Shown here in pieces: positions 26,767 to 40,900 of a stretch of DNA of 64,000 nucleotides (the stretch's first letter is position 1; every line of letters starts with the position of its first letter). Below the pieces are notes generated by a model that was not told the DNA's origin, ran no database searches, and saw nothing but the letters and a program-made list of their open reading frames with translations. The DNA comes from Anolis carolinensis (taxonomy: Eukaryota): NCBI RefSeq assembly GCF_035594765.1, contig NW_026943824.1, positions 9,123,451 to 9,187,450 on the forward strand, in the 5' to 3' direction. Both the position numbers and the translations under genes were made by a program.

Positions 26767-27377
26767 CTGTATATACTCGAGTATAAGCCGACCCGAATAT
26801 AAGCCGAGGCACTTAATTTTACCACCAAAAAACCTGGGAAAACATTGACTCAAGTATAAGCCGAGGGTGTTAAATTTCAGAAATAAAAATAGATACCAAT
26901 AAAATGACATTAATTGAGGCATCAGTAAGTTAAATGTTTTTGAATATTTACATAAAGCTCAAATTTAAGATAAGACTGTCCAACTCTGGACAAATCATTC
27001 TTCTCATCTTCTTCAGTGTAAGTGTGCTTATGTATCCTTTTAAGAATAACAGAGTAAAAAAATACATGTAATAATAATAATAATAAATACAGGAAAATAA
27101 TACATGTAATAATAAATAGAGTGAAATAATAAATGTATTAATAATAATAAAAATAGAGTAAAATAAATGTAATAGTAGCAACAATAATAGAGAAAAATAA
27201 TAAATGTAAAAATACCAATAATAATAGAGAAAAATAATAAATGTACCATATATTCTCGAGTATAAGCTGACCCAAATATAAGCCAACCAGGAGCCTCACC
27301 TGAGTATAAGCCCAGGGGGGCTTTTTCAGTCTTAAAAAAAGGGCAGAAAACCTAGGCTTATACTCGAGTATATACAG
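26767..27377. mobile_element. Tc1/mariner MITE family 2 (611 bp)
   Basis: TIR CTGTATATACTCGAGTATAAGCC, TA TSD, AT-rich core. Confidence 0.88.
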
Positions 27378-28855
27378 TAATACTCCAATGAAACTGAGCA
27401 TTTTGTCAACATCTATTGCATTTCATAAGTAGAAACTCAGATCCTCTAGCCTTACAATGAGAATAAGTAACTGTCGAAGTTACATATGATGTCAACCCTG
27501 CAGTGGCTGTTAGGAATTGTGGGAGTTGAAGTCCAAAACACTTGGAGGGCAAAAGTTTGCCCATGCCTGAAGTTCCTTCTCTACCACAAAGTGCTGATGT
27601 CTCACCAAACAACCTACAACTCCTATGATCCCATAGCATTGAGCCATGGCAGTTAAAGTGGTGTAGATGCACTCTTGGAAAAACAAGAATCTCTGTGATC
27701 ATCACTATCTGGGTTTTCCAATTCACAAGAAACGGAATACAGAATATCTACCTGTTCATATGCAAGTGGATGGCTGGAAGGTTCCTCTCTCTGGATAGTA
27801 AATAGATTGCAGACCGAAAGGAAAACCACAGGAATGAAAGAAAGCGGAATGTCATCTATTTTATGCATAAATAAACCATTAACTTTAAGACAGAAAATAA
27901 TGCACTAAAATTTAGTAGATCTTTTTCCTGCTATCAAACGTTAACTTTCTACCGGAGATATGCTGATATACAGCCTTTTTCCTCTCAGTTAATAAATGCT
28001 TGAAATTGACTGCAAGGCTCTTCTCTCCATTTTTAAAACTGATCATTATTCATTATTCACTAAATAAATTGCTTGGATAGTGGTCTTCATTCTCCAAACC
28101 CAGAGAATACAGAGAACATTTTGTCCGATGGCCTCCCAGAACGCAGGGAAATAATGTATGAGTTGGAATCCTCTTGGTGGGCAACACAAAGCGGTCACAC
28201 TTTTTCTAGAATAGGATTGCCTGCGAAACATACTCTGCCATGAGTGATTGCCTATGAAAATATCGGAAATAGCTGACGGGAATTCTCCATGCTCTGACAT
28301 TTTTTTGTAGCTCCACTTATTACTCAGAATTTTGTATTTTGCATTGGTTAATCAATAGCATTTGAACTAAAATGGACTCCGGTGGCACCGGACATTAGAA
28401 CGAGGGGTCAAGAAGCAAGACCATACTGTTGGAACTCATCATTTTGAGTAGTTAGTCATTTTTAATAAACTAACTGGCAGAAGCCTGTAGGTTGGACCTT
28501 TTATAGAAGTTAATAAGTGTCCGTCTCCTTTGAACTCAGTAGTCTTCCTATCATTGTATTGGTTTGTTGTTATTATTGGAAATATTTGATATAATCGATT
28601 GCTTATAAGGTTCAAGATGGATAGTTTATTCATAGAGTTGGAAGAGACCACAGGGGACATCTCTGTCATGCAGGAGCACACAATCAAAACACTTTCGACA
28701 GATGGCCATCCATCTCCTGTTTAAAACTCTTTCATTCTCACTGCACTCCCAGGAAGCAGATTTCAGTGTCAAATAACACTTACCGTCAGGAAGTTCTTCC
28801 TAATGTCTCTTTTAAATCTCTTTTCTTGTCATTGGAATCTTTTGCTCCATGTCCT

Positions 28856-28904
<49 letters not shown>

Positions 28905-28906
<2 letters not shown>

Positions 28907-30868
28907 TTTATTCTTGTACCCCGCCCCATCTCCCCGAAGGGACTCGGGGCGGCTCACATGGGGCCTTGTCCAACATCACAATATAAAATCAAAACAAAAA
29001 CACAAATTTACAACAATAAATCAACAATATCGGTAAAACAATCGAAAAGGACAATCTTACAAGATAAAATGTTAAAACAGGTATATCAAACACAAGTCTG
29101 GGCCAAAAGGTGAATGTGTCAAGTCGGGGGGAGATAGTTACATAATTGACATAGTCAATGAAGTACTATAAATGACAATAGTGACAATAAGAGGGCAGAT
29201 CAGTGGGTCTATTATTACGTAGGCAGGCATCTTAAACCAACAAAAGTCACTCATCAAAGGCTTTCTGGAAAAGCCAGGTTTTCAGATTCTTCCAGAAGGA
29301 GAGGAGGGTGGGGGCCAGCCTAATCTCCCTAGGGAGCAAGTTCCAAAGCTGGGGGGCCACGACAGAGAAGGCCCTCTCTCTCGTCCCCACCAACCACGCC
29401 TGTGAGGGTGGTGGGAGCGAGAGAAGGGCCTCCCCCGACGAGTGAAGAGATCGTGCGGGTTCGTAGGGGGAAATGCGGTCTCTAAGGTAGGCGAGTCCCA
29501 AACCGTTTAGGGCTTTGTAGGTAAGAACCTGCACCTTGAATTGGGCTCGGAAAGTAAGCGGCAGCCAGTGGAGCTCCTTAAACAGAGGCGTTGAACGTGC
29601 CCTGTAATTTGCTCCAGTTAGAAACCTGGCTGCCGTGCGTTGAACTAATTGCAGTTTCCGGACCATCTTCAGAGGCAGCCCCACGTAGAGCGCATTGCAA
29701 TAATCCAGTCTAGAGGTAACTAAGGCATGGACCACCATGGTCAGATCAGACTTCTCGAGGTATGGTCGCAGCTGGTGCACAAGTTTTAGTTGTGCAAAGG
29801 CCCTCCCGGCCACGGCCGACACCTGAGCTTCAAGCGTCAGCCCCGAATCCAGGAGGACCCCCAAGCTACGGACCTGCGCCTTCAGGGGGAGTGCGACCCC
29901 GTCAAGCACAGGTTGCCACCCAATACCCCGATCGAACTTTCGACTGACCTGGAGGACCTCTGTCTTATTAGGATTAAGTCTCAGCTTGTTCGCCCTCATC
30001 CAGGCCAACACAGCGGCCAGACACTGATCCAGTATCCGAGGGGCTTCCTTGGATTTTGGTGGAAAAGAGTAGTAGAGTTGGGTGTCATCCGCGTAGAGAT
30101 GGCACCGAACTCCAAAACCCCGGATGACCTCGCCCAGTGGTTTCATGTAGATATTGAAAAGCATGGGGGACAGAATAGAACCTTGCGGGACCCCACAGGA
30201 CAATGGCCAGGAGTCCGAGCAGGTGTCCCCCAGCTTCACCATCTGGGAACGCTCCTCCAGGAAGGACTGGAGCCACTGCAGAACAGTACCCCCAAGGCCC
30301 ATCCTGGAGAGACGTCCCAGAAGGATACCATGGTCGATGGTATCAAAAGCCGCTGAGATGTCCAAGAGAACCAGCAGGGTCACACTCCCCCTGTCCAGCT
30401 CCCTGCGGAGGTCATCCACCAAAGCGACCAAAGCTGTCTCGGTACTGAAACCAGGCCTGAAGCCAGACTGCGATTGGTCCAGAGAATCCGTATCATCCAA
30501 GAATCCCTGGAGCTGAGAGGCAACCACCCGCTCCAAGACCTTGCCCAAAAATGGAAGGTTGGAGATTGGTCTGTAGTTATGCAAGTTGGTCGAATCTAGG
30601 GATGCCTTCTTTAAGATAGGTCTCACTACCGCTTGTTTTAGATTAGATGGAAATCTACCCTGCTCCAAAGAGGCATTAATTATTCTCACAAACCAATCAA
30701 CCAACCCACCACTGGCCTGTTTTAAAAGCCAAGATGGACAAGGGTCAAGGGCACAGGTGGTCGCCCTCACCGCTCCAAGAATCTTGTCCACATCATCAGG
30801 CTGCACAAGCTGAAACGAATCCCACAAGATCGAACAGACAGAAGCCTCGGTTACCTCACCGAGGCTTC
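28905..30868 (-). mobile_element. 5'-truncated L2-clade LINE with uninterrupted RT ORF (29247-30827)
   Basis: NYRPISNLPFLGKVLE, QSGFR, GVPQGSILSP, YADD, SRLDYCN, LHWLP. 3' UTR stem-loop GAGTCCCTTCGGGGAGATGG and (TTA)n tail. Confidence 0.93.
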
Positions 30869-30942
<74 letters not shown>

Positions 30943-31615
30943 TTTATTATGACACAGCAAACAAGATAGATATGCTGGATTTCATATCACAAAATCACAA
31001 GTCGAACACTTCCCAAGTGTCTAGAACTGTGTGATGTATTTTCGGATGATGTGTGCAGATCCCAGCAGGGTGGCCTTTTGCAGTTGGCAGATCGTAATTT
31101 TGTCAATGTCTATTGTTTCCAAATGCCGGCTGAGATCTTTTGGCACGGCACCCAGTGTGCTGATCACCACCGGGACCACCTGCACTGGTTTCTGCCAGAG
31201 TCTTTGAAGTTCAATCTTGAGGTCCTGATAGTGGCTGAGTTTTTCCTGTTGTTTTTCGTCAATGAGACTGTCACCTGGGATGGCAACATCAATGATCCAA
31301 ACCTTTTTCTTTTCGACAACTGTGATGTCTGGTGTGTTGTGTTCCAGAACTTTGTCAGTCTGGATTCGGAAGTCCCACAGTATCTTTGCCTGCTCATTCT
31401 CCAATACTTTTGCAGGTTTGTGATCCCACCAGTTCTTTGCTGCTGGAAGGTGGTACTTGAGGCATAAGTTCCAATGAATCAGTTGTGCCTCTGTTTGTAG
31501 TCTGTCTGTGCAATTTTCTTACAGCAGCTGAGGATGGTTTCGTCGGTTTCCTTGCACAGTCTGCACTTTGGGTCATCAGCTGATTTTTCAATCTTGGTCT
31601 TAATTGCATTTGTTC

Positions 31616-31616
<1 letters not shown>
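30943..31616 (-). mobile_element. 5'-truncated R4/Dong-clade element
   Basis: ORFs 31021-31404 and part of 31479-31829 ([28 protein letters not shown]), flanked by trinucleotide microsatellites. Confidence 0.88.
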
Positions 31617-31656
<40 letters not shown>

Positions 31657-31989
31657 ATTATTATTATTATGGTATTATTAGGTAAAGGTAAAGGTTTCCC
31701 CCTGACATTAAGCTTATTTGTGTCCGACTCTGGGGGTTGGTGCTCATTTTCATTTCTAAGCCAAAGAGCCGGCATTGTCCGTAAATCCTCTCTGACTCTA
31801 ATGATGGAGCAATCATAATAAAGCATCATTCAAGATGCTAATTTGGTTCTGGGACTTATCAAAGAATTTGACCCATCTGACCTGTTGCGGGCTCAATTTC
31901 CAGTGTGTTTTCAGCTCCTCCAAAGTGAGATGGTCTGGTCACATGATGCACCCACTAAGAAATGACTCCAAAACAGCAGCTCTTTCTCC

Positions 31990-32252
31990 CATAGAATCAT
32001 AGAATAGTAGAGTTGGAAGAGACCTCATGGGCCATCCAGTCCAACCCCCTGCCAAGAAGCAGGAAATCGCATTCAAAGCACCCCCGACAGATGGCCATCC
32101 AGCCTCTGTTTAAAAGCCTCCAAAGAAGGAGCCTCCACCACAGTCTGGGGGAGAGAGTTCCACTGCTGAACAGCCCTTCTCACAGTGAGGAAGTTCTTCC
32201 TGATATTCAGGTGGAATCTCTTTTCCTGTAGTTTGAAGCCATTGTTCCGTGT
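31990..32252 (-). mobile_element. CR1 LINE 3' fragment
   Basis: ORF 32073-32276 [24 protein letters not shown]...WNSLP...LDGHL, CR1-type tail. Confidence 0.87.
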
Positions 32253-32264
32253 CAATTGCCTTTT

Positions 32265-32430
32265 GGGAAAATTCAATATCTTTGACAGATAAGCACATAT
32301 AGGGTCTCAACTGGCCTGACTGGTTCCTTTGCAATAAAACCGTTCCCAATGGCACATCAGTCACATCCACTGCTCTAAATAGGACCATTGGATCATGATA
32401 TTGGAGAATCGCTCCAGAGCCGAACCATTT
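32265..32430 (-). mobile_element. Decayed Gypsy RNase H remnant
   Basis: AILQYHDPMVLF..DVTDVPLGTVLLQRNQSGQLRP aligns by eye to [34 protein letters not shown] of the young element. Confidence 0.6.
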
Positions 32431-33783
32431 TTTTTTAGTTACATTTCCAATGATCTCATAGCACTGAGTCATGGCAGTTAAAGTGGTATCAAACTGAATT
32501 AATTCTATGACATAGATACAGCCTTAAGCTAACTAGGTACTCAACGCAGCCAATTAAAGGGTTTATATTCATCTCCTTTGTGCATCCCTATGCAGCTTTT
32601 GAGAATGCCTAGTCCTTAGCCGATCTACGTATTTGTTATGCAGTCTTGCACTTTATCCCATGCCCTTGTCCCATGGTTACAGCTCTGCACTTATTCCCAC
32701 TCCCTTGCCCTGTTGTTTACAGCTTGGCCATGTTTACATTAGCTACCGCCACTGACTGATGAGTACTGTTTTATTCTGCTTTTTATGTTGTTGTTTACAT
32801 GCTTATATGTTTTATTCAATTGTATTTTATATTGTGTTTATTTCATGTTGAGCCCCTGGTGGCGCAGTGCATGAACCATTGAGCTGTTGAACCTGTTGAC
32901 CGAAAGGTCGGTGGTTCGAATCCGGGGAGCTGGGAGAGCTCTCACTGTTGGCTCCAGCTCCTGCCAACCTAGCTGTTAGAAAACATGAAAATGTGAGTAG
33001 ATCAATAGGTACAGCTGCGGCAGGAAGGTAATGGTGTTCCATGCAGTCACAGTTGCCACATGACCTTGGAGGTGTCTACGGACAAGGTAGGCATTATTGA
33101 CAAACATTTTGAGCACAGTTTTCCAACCAGTGATTGATCCATCTTCTGGGATTTCTATCTAATCCGTTTTTAATCTGTTTGATAATCAAAATATTATGGA
33201 ACTTTATTCCATGCTTGACTGAACTTCAAATAAACAACACCATTTCCCTAAATGGACAAAAACATACAAGATTTGTTTGGTGGGATTTGTTCCTGACAAA
33301 GTGTATTATGGAAAGTAGCTGAGAAAAAAGTAAAGAACTGAGACAAGTAATTGAGTACATGAAGAACAAGTGGGATCCAGAATTAACTTTGTCTATTTGA
33401 AAGAAAACCAAACTGATCCCCTGAGCTTGGTTTGGTTGAAATAACTAGTCTGGTGTCCTTAGTTGCAGAAGCTGAAACTGATTTAAGATGATGCTACATC
33501 GATCGCCAAACAACAGAGAGATCTGTAAAGCCCTTGAAACTATTGCTAAAATACTATCATTTCTTTTAGGGAAGCCTTCTTGGGATGGAGTGGCACTGGT
33601 TATCCCATCAGCCTTTCATAATCTCGGACTTCCAGAACCCCATAGTGGTTTTGACAGTTGTGCTCATGTGTCTGATGATCCAAGTCCAAACATAAAAGAG
33701 GCCACCCTAGTACCAGTAGGCCTCGAAGAAATGTCCATCGAATTTGGAAAGCTGGTGGTTATTCCAACCCTCTGCTGTACACA

Positions 33784-35104
33784 TTAAACACGTCCCCATT
33801 CCTTGTTCCTTAGTTCATTCCGTTTGATTTTCCCTGAGATTGTCTTTGGCAGCTGTTGGACAAACTCCATCTAGAAAGAAAGAAACAAAATAAGGAAGTG
33901 TGACATTTTATTTTCTTTATGTAACAAGGGTTATTCTTTGGTAGTGTGAATTTCAGGCTGGGCAGAAGAATCAGAATTAATGGGAGGGTAATGGGAGGGA
34001 TTAATGGGAGGGATTTCATGTGTACACATGAAATCCCTCTATTTTCAAAGTTAAAGCACTACTTTTGCACATATACCGAACCTTTACAAAAAGGTGACAC
34101 TATGCTTGCCAGACATGGATGCCAACCTGTCCTATCTTCCAACCATCCCACCTCCTAATTCCACATGAATCTAAGGCTGGATCGATACTGCCATATAATC
34201 CAATTATCCAAACTGATAATCCACATTAATAGCTTTGAACTGGATTATATGAGTCCACACTGCCATAGCTCAAAACAGATCATCTGGATTTTATATAGCA
34301 ATCTAGATACATCCTGAGTTCAGGACTCAGCATGGTTGACTTACTATGGTGAACTTTTCCAAGGGTATTGGAGGTGGATGACCAAAATGTACATTATATA
34401 GTTTTTTCAAAGGTGACACATGAATGAATGAACAAATAAATGAACAACTATCAAAGCCAATAAAGATCAGTCTCTTTGAACGATTCCTCATTCTCTGCTG
34501 GCACTTGCCTTTCTCGGATATTTGTATGGTGCTGTCACTTTCTTGACATGTTCCTGCAGTTCGTGGATTAATTTGTCCTTATCTCGAGACGCAAAACCAG
34601 AAGACAACACCACAAATGCTTTCACCACCTAAAAAGTCAGAGTTGGTACAATAAGACATGGCCAAATCACCTGCATTTTGATGCTTTACATTCCATCCTG
34701 CCTCTAGACCACACTGACTTTGGCTAGACTCCTTATATGACCATTACTTACCATGCAGTACTGTAACAACTGCTATGTATTGAATGTTAGTGTGACCTTT
34801 CCAAACCCCACTTACAAAAAAGCAGCTGCTGGGATTGACAGGGATCTATAGGGGAATGGACCTCAGTTAATCCAAAATACTAGTATATGGAATTTAGGAG
34901 ACTTTCATGGTCTCAATGTGGGCCTGCATAGGGAGAATGAGTATATAGTAGTTGTGGATGCATAACTGTAGGAAGATAGTATCACGCTCTATAACATAAA
35001 CAGCCCAGCCACATAAACACATACATATGTTCACTTTTATTGTGTGTGTGTTTGTGTATGTGTATATATATAGACACATACATATACATACATACATACA
35101 TACA

Positions 35105-35137
<33 letters not shown>

Positions 35138-36896
35138 CTATAGTATCTTGGAGATGGGATTTGAATTCTAGCAATCATTTGTATTCTATCTCCCCCTGCC
35201 CCTCATGAACCTAGATAATGACCAGCCCAAAGTTATCCAGTGAGCTTTATGGCTGAGTGATGATTTGAATGTAGGTCTCAGCCATCCTAACTTACTTGCT
35301 GCATCACTTATTATACTCTACAGACATATATATATATGGCTATATTCTTAAAAAATGCTCATAGATTATAATTACTTCTCCCCTGAGAGGGTCTGGGCTG
35401 CTGATCGCAGCGGCTTCTGCTACTGCAGGATGCTCTAGAAGCGCACTCTCTACTTCAAATGGTCCAATACGATACCTAGGACAGAAACCCAAATTTATCA
35501 ACAGTTTAGTCAGGGAGGGAAAGTATCCAGGGTGTAAATGTCTCTTCACCAGGAAGATTTAACAGGTAGGAAATAGTCCTCTATACATTTGTTGGGCTCT
35601 AGCTGGCATTGTCCGTAGATGCATCCAAGGTCATGTGGCCAGCATTACTGCATTACCTTCCCACCAGAGCAGTACCTATTGATCTACTCGCATTTGCATG
35701 TTTTCGAACTGCTAGGTGGGCAGAAGCTTGAGCTAACAGTGGGAACTCACCCCACTCCCCGAATTCGAACCAGTGCTCTTTTGGTCAGCAAGTTCAACAG
35801 CTCAGCAGTTTAACCCACTGTGTCACTGGGAATTGTATATTGTAGGATAACTAACGTTTTCATGGTTTTGCTTTGACAATTTTGTCGCAGGGGTGGTTCC
35901 CATGTCATTAGGATGATGAATTTTAATTTGACCTTTAAATTTTAGGACAATAAGTTTTAGTCTGACCATTGAATGGTCTATTCAATTCACAGAACCCTAC
36001 CTTGATTTAGTTTCAAGAACTTGGCCAATTGCTTTAAAGTTAAGACTAAAATCCAGTATAGAATTACTGTTTGATTGATATCAGTCACCACTGGATTTTT
36101 GTGTCAGAGATGTATGCCATAAAGGAAGGAAGCAAAGCAAAGAAACCAACCCTGAAGAATTTATGATGTCATCGTTTCTTCCAACAAACCAAAAGTACCC
36201 TTCTTTATCCATCACTCCTCTGTCTCCTGTAATGTGGAAATCTCCACGTATTGTTGCAGCTGTTTTGTCAGGGTTGTCCTGCAGAAGAAATTTCACAAAG
36301 TTGGAATAGGACATATTGCAGGTATAACTACGTAAAGAAGTAGTGTGATTTAGTGGCTCGATAACATATACCTCACAATCTCTGAGGATGCCTGCCATAA
36401 ATGTGGGAGAAATGTCAGAAGAGAATGCTTCTGGAACATGGCCATACAGCCCGGAAAACACACAGCAACCCTGTGATTCTGGCCATGAAAGCCTTCAACA
36501 ACACTCTTAAGCCTACTCTCTTTGTATACCCTGTGAAAAACCTTTCAGCTTTTTGAGGAGCAAAAAACATGTTTCTTACTATATAGCGAGAGAAGAGTCC
36601 CACCGGCCTTTCTGGTTTCACTTTAATAGCAATTTCTCCTTCTTTTCCAGGAGGCAGAATATTGGCTTCTTCGTCTACAATCTGGAAGAAGAGAACATTA
36701 ATGCAAGGATATAAGAGTCCCGTTGTTCCCTTCATAAGTTGCAATGTGGGGTGGGTAATAAAATAACAACAAAAACAACAATAATAGTAATAATAATAAT
36801 AATAAATCACACAGTCCTAGACACTTGGGAAGTGTCCGACGTGTGATCCAATTCAACAGCCAGCAGAGTGTCTGCTGTAGACTCATCTTGTTTGTT

Positions 36897-36963
<67 letters not shown>

Positions 36964-37917
36964 TATAATCTATATATATAAAAGAGTGATGGCATCAGGG
37001 CAGCGGACAAAACAACAAAACTACAGGCCCCCCAACCTCGAAATTTGAGAACACAACCCATCATCCACGCCTCTAGGTTGATGCAACAAAAAGAAAAGAA
37101 AAATAAAGTCCTAATTAGAGAGAGAGGAATAATTGCTTTTATCCAATTGCTGCCAGTTAGAAGGCTAAGCTCCTCCAACTTGGTCTCCTAGCAACCCAAT
37201 AAAAATAATAAAAAACACTAAAAAATAATAAAAAACACTAAAAATTAATACAATAAAATACTATAATAACAGAAAATAACTAAAAATAATACAAGAAAAT
37301 AATAAAATATAATAAATAAAATATAACTTACAATAAAATTAATTTAAAAAATGCAAATAACGTCAAATAAAAATTACACAACAATTTTTAACCAATACCA
37401 CCACCACTTTGCCACAGCAATGTGTGGCCGGGCACAGCTAGTATAATTATATAATTATCATTATATACTGTGGGACTTCCGAATCCAGACTGACAAAGTT
37501 CTGGAACATAACACACCAGACATCACAGTTGTGGAGAAGAAAAAGGTTTGGATCATTGATGTCGCCATCCCAGGTGACAGTCGCATTGACGAAAAACAAC
37601 AGGAAAAACTCAGCCGCTATCAGGACCTCAAGATTGAACTTCAAAGACTCTGGCAGAAACCAGTGCAGGTGGTCCCGGTGGTGATGGGCACACTGGGTAC
37701 CTTGACAAAAGATCTCAGCTGGCATTTGGAAACAATAGGCATTGACAAAATTACGATCTGCCAACTGCAAAAGGCCACCCTGCTGGGATCTGCACGCATC
37801 ATCCGAAAATACATCACACAGTCCTAGACGCTTGGGAAGTGTTCGACTTGTGATTTTGTGAAACGAAATTCAGCATATCTATCTTGTTTGCCGTGACATA
37901 ATAAAATAATAATAATA

Positions 37918-37965
<48 letters not shown>

Positions 37966-40900
37966 TTGCCTCTAATACTGGTATGAGTACTGATAGTTTT
38001 ATCCTTCATGGAATATGGTAACCCCCATATCTACTGGACCATTATCTCTGGTTTCATAGGAACTGTGCTGTATATTATGCCATTTTAGTCACCAGAGAAG
38101 ATATACTTTTAAAACCAACACAAGCCAGCTACTTGTATTCACTAACCTGAACATCATATGGCGCACATGCCTTTCCCATTGATCCTGGCTTAATCTTCAT
38201 CCCTTTGCGAACCCCACAGATCATACCCTGTTGATAAAAAGAACATTACTGTGTAATATACTGAGACATATGCAGTGAGTTCCACTGGTTTAAATATTAC
38301 CTACTTCCCGGTAAGTGTGCAATGTAGCTTAGCTTTCAAATGTTAGTAGTCTACCCTGGAGCAGGGCCGCCTGTCTTCCATAAACAACAAACTGCTGTTG
38401 ATTAATCTGTTCAATTTATCTGTTAAATAAATCACAATTCTGAAGGAGGACAATAATTGGTGCACCGGATGTGCATCTATTATTAAGGTTAAGCTGTCAC
38501 TCCTTCATGCCAAGGACATTTCTGTCATCTTTAGACGTCCTCCCGATCCTCCCGACTGATGTCCTTAAGGGTGCCTTTTATTACCTCCCCACTAAAAGTA
38601 GTACCTATTTATCTACTCGCATTTCTGCTTTTGATCTGATAGATGGGCAGGTGAGCTGGGGCTGACGGCGGATGCTCACTCTGACCCAGGCTTGAACTGG
38701 CAACCTTTCAATCAGCAGGATTTTCTGCAGCACAGTGGTTTAGCCTGCTGTGCTAAGTCCAACCCCACGGCTATTCCTAATTCACATTTCCTGGATCTGA
38801 GCACAGTTCACTTTTGGAGAGGACCATTCTCTGAATTGACAAGTTGCTATTTTGGTCTTTAAAATCTGAATATATCAAAAGGACATACAGAATAAAATAA
38901 TAGTTTTAAGGATTATGCATAAAAAATTATATTATGGGAAAATATTTTAGGAGAGTCTCTCCGGGGAGATAGGGCAGGATATAAATAAAGCATTATTATT
39001 ATATTATTATTTAAATTCATTTTTTTCGCATTTAAAAAGCCCAGAAAATAATGATACAGCAGAGTTATGACAAAATAAATGACATGAACCTACTGTTTCG
39101 GTCTGCCCATAGGCTTCGTGGATGTCCAGTCCTGTCTTGCTTTTCCATTGCTCCATCACTTCAGGGTTTAGTGCTTCCCCTGCACTCACACAGTGCTTCA
39201 GGCTCATGAATTTATAGCTAGACATAAGTGAGACATTTGTTTAGGTTTGTTTTGAAGTTTGCATTTTTTTTCATATTTGAAATGGAAATAAATCAATTGT
39301 GGGAGCAATTCCTGATAGTCCACAGATTGCTTATTTTTTAATGTTGAATTTGGATCTCTCTTTGTATAACAATAATTATAATGAGGCGGGATTCTTCTTT
39401 CCATGGAGAGTCTGCAAGTGCTTCTGCTGGGGACTTAGGCTTGCTTTCCTCCCCCAAATAACACCTTCCCCCTTCTTTCTATTCTCTTTTTCATTGTTCT
39501 CCATTCTCTTTCTACACTTCCTTATAATCCAGAGTATCAAAGCATGGCTAAATCAGTAAATGCTTATCGATATATTCATTATTTGAAAACGTCTTCACAA
39601 GATACCTGCTCAGATCATTCTGCACCAACATGCGGAACAAGGTTGGAGCGCCCAGCATGGCGGTGATGGGAAATCGCGACAGAGTCTAATGTGTTTAAAA
39701 TAAAATAAAAAGGTGAACAAAGTTTGTGTAGTATTGACCAACTAAGCTTTCGAGAACCTTGTAAATTACTCATACAAAAAGACTTGCCAAGTGATGGCTA
39801 TATATCACTTCTAGGATCAGTGGGAGTATGTCTCTGTAGGTCATTTGTTGGGAGCAAGAAGCTATGAGTACAGCTACACTCCTGTCTGCTGGTGGGCTTT
39901 GTTGGGGGTTGTAGATGTAAATAAACAGAAGCTTTACCACTGTTACTGAACCAAAATATACCCTCAGAGCTGGGCTGTGGCGCAGCTGGCTAGTAACCAG
40001 CTGCAATAAATCACTACTGACCGAGAGGTCATGAGTTCGAAGCCCGGGTCGGGTTAAGCCCCCGACCATTAAATAGCCCAGCTTGCTGTTGACCTATGCA
40101 GCCCCGAAAGACAGTTGCATCTGTCAATTAGGGAAATTTAGGTACGCTTTATGCGGGAGGCTAATTTAACTAATTTACAACATCATAAAACTGCCAGCAA
40201 AACACAAGGAATGGAATGAGGAAGTACAGCCACTAGTGGATGGTGAAGCAACAGCTCCCCCTGTGGCCGGAATCGTGAAGCTGGAAAAAAAAAGCTAAAT
40301 GCCTCTGTGTCTGTCTATATATGTTGTTTGTCTGTTGGCATTGAATGTTTGCCATATATGTGTTCATTGTAATCCGCCCTGAGTCCCCTTCGGGGTGAGA
40401 AGGGAGGAATATAAATACTGTAAATAAGTAAATAAATAAACTTTACTTCAGTTCAAAAGATCAAACAGGGCAGTCTCTCTGAATTCTTACAGAGAACAGA
40501 GGGAATAAACAGTTCTTTTAAACAGTCTTTAAATATGCCTTATTTGCCTTAGAAATAATCAGGCTTCAGAGAGTTGGCAGACATTTCCTTCCTGACTGTT
40601 TCCAGTCAGCACTCTCTTTACTCTCCGAGGTGAAAATGACAGTTAAAACCGTTTCTCTCAGCAGCAAGCCAGAGACAGTAGCCCAGGGGTCCTCAAACTT
40701 TTAAAGCAGAGGGCCAGTCCACAATCCTTCAGACTGTTGAGGGGCCGAATGATCATTTGAAGAAAAAAAATGAACAAATTCCTATGCACACTGCATATGT
40801 CTTATTTGTCGTGCAAAAACAACAACAACAACAACAAAAGAAAAATACAATATTTAAAAATAAAAACAATTTTAACCAACTCAAACCGATCAGGATTTCA

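Noticed and set aside
39596-39605. U12-type donor GTATCTT in paralog C
   Set aside because: It deviates from GTATCCTT, and the same intron in the other paralogs starts GTAAAG, GTATGG and GTATTT (U2 type).
39971-40050. tRNA gene
   Set aside because: The A/B boxes belong to a SINE head, and no cloverleaf is evident.
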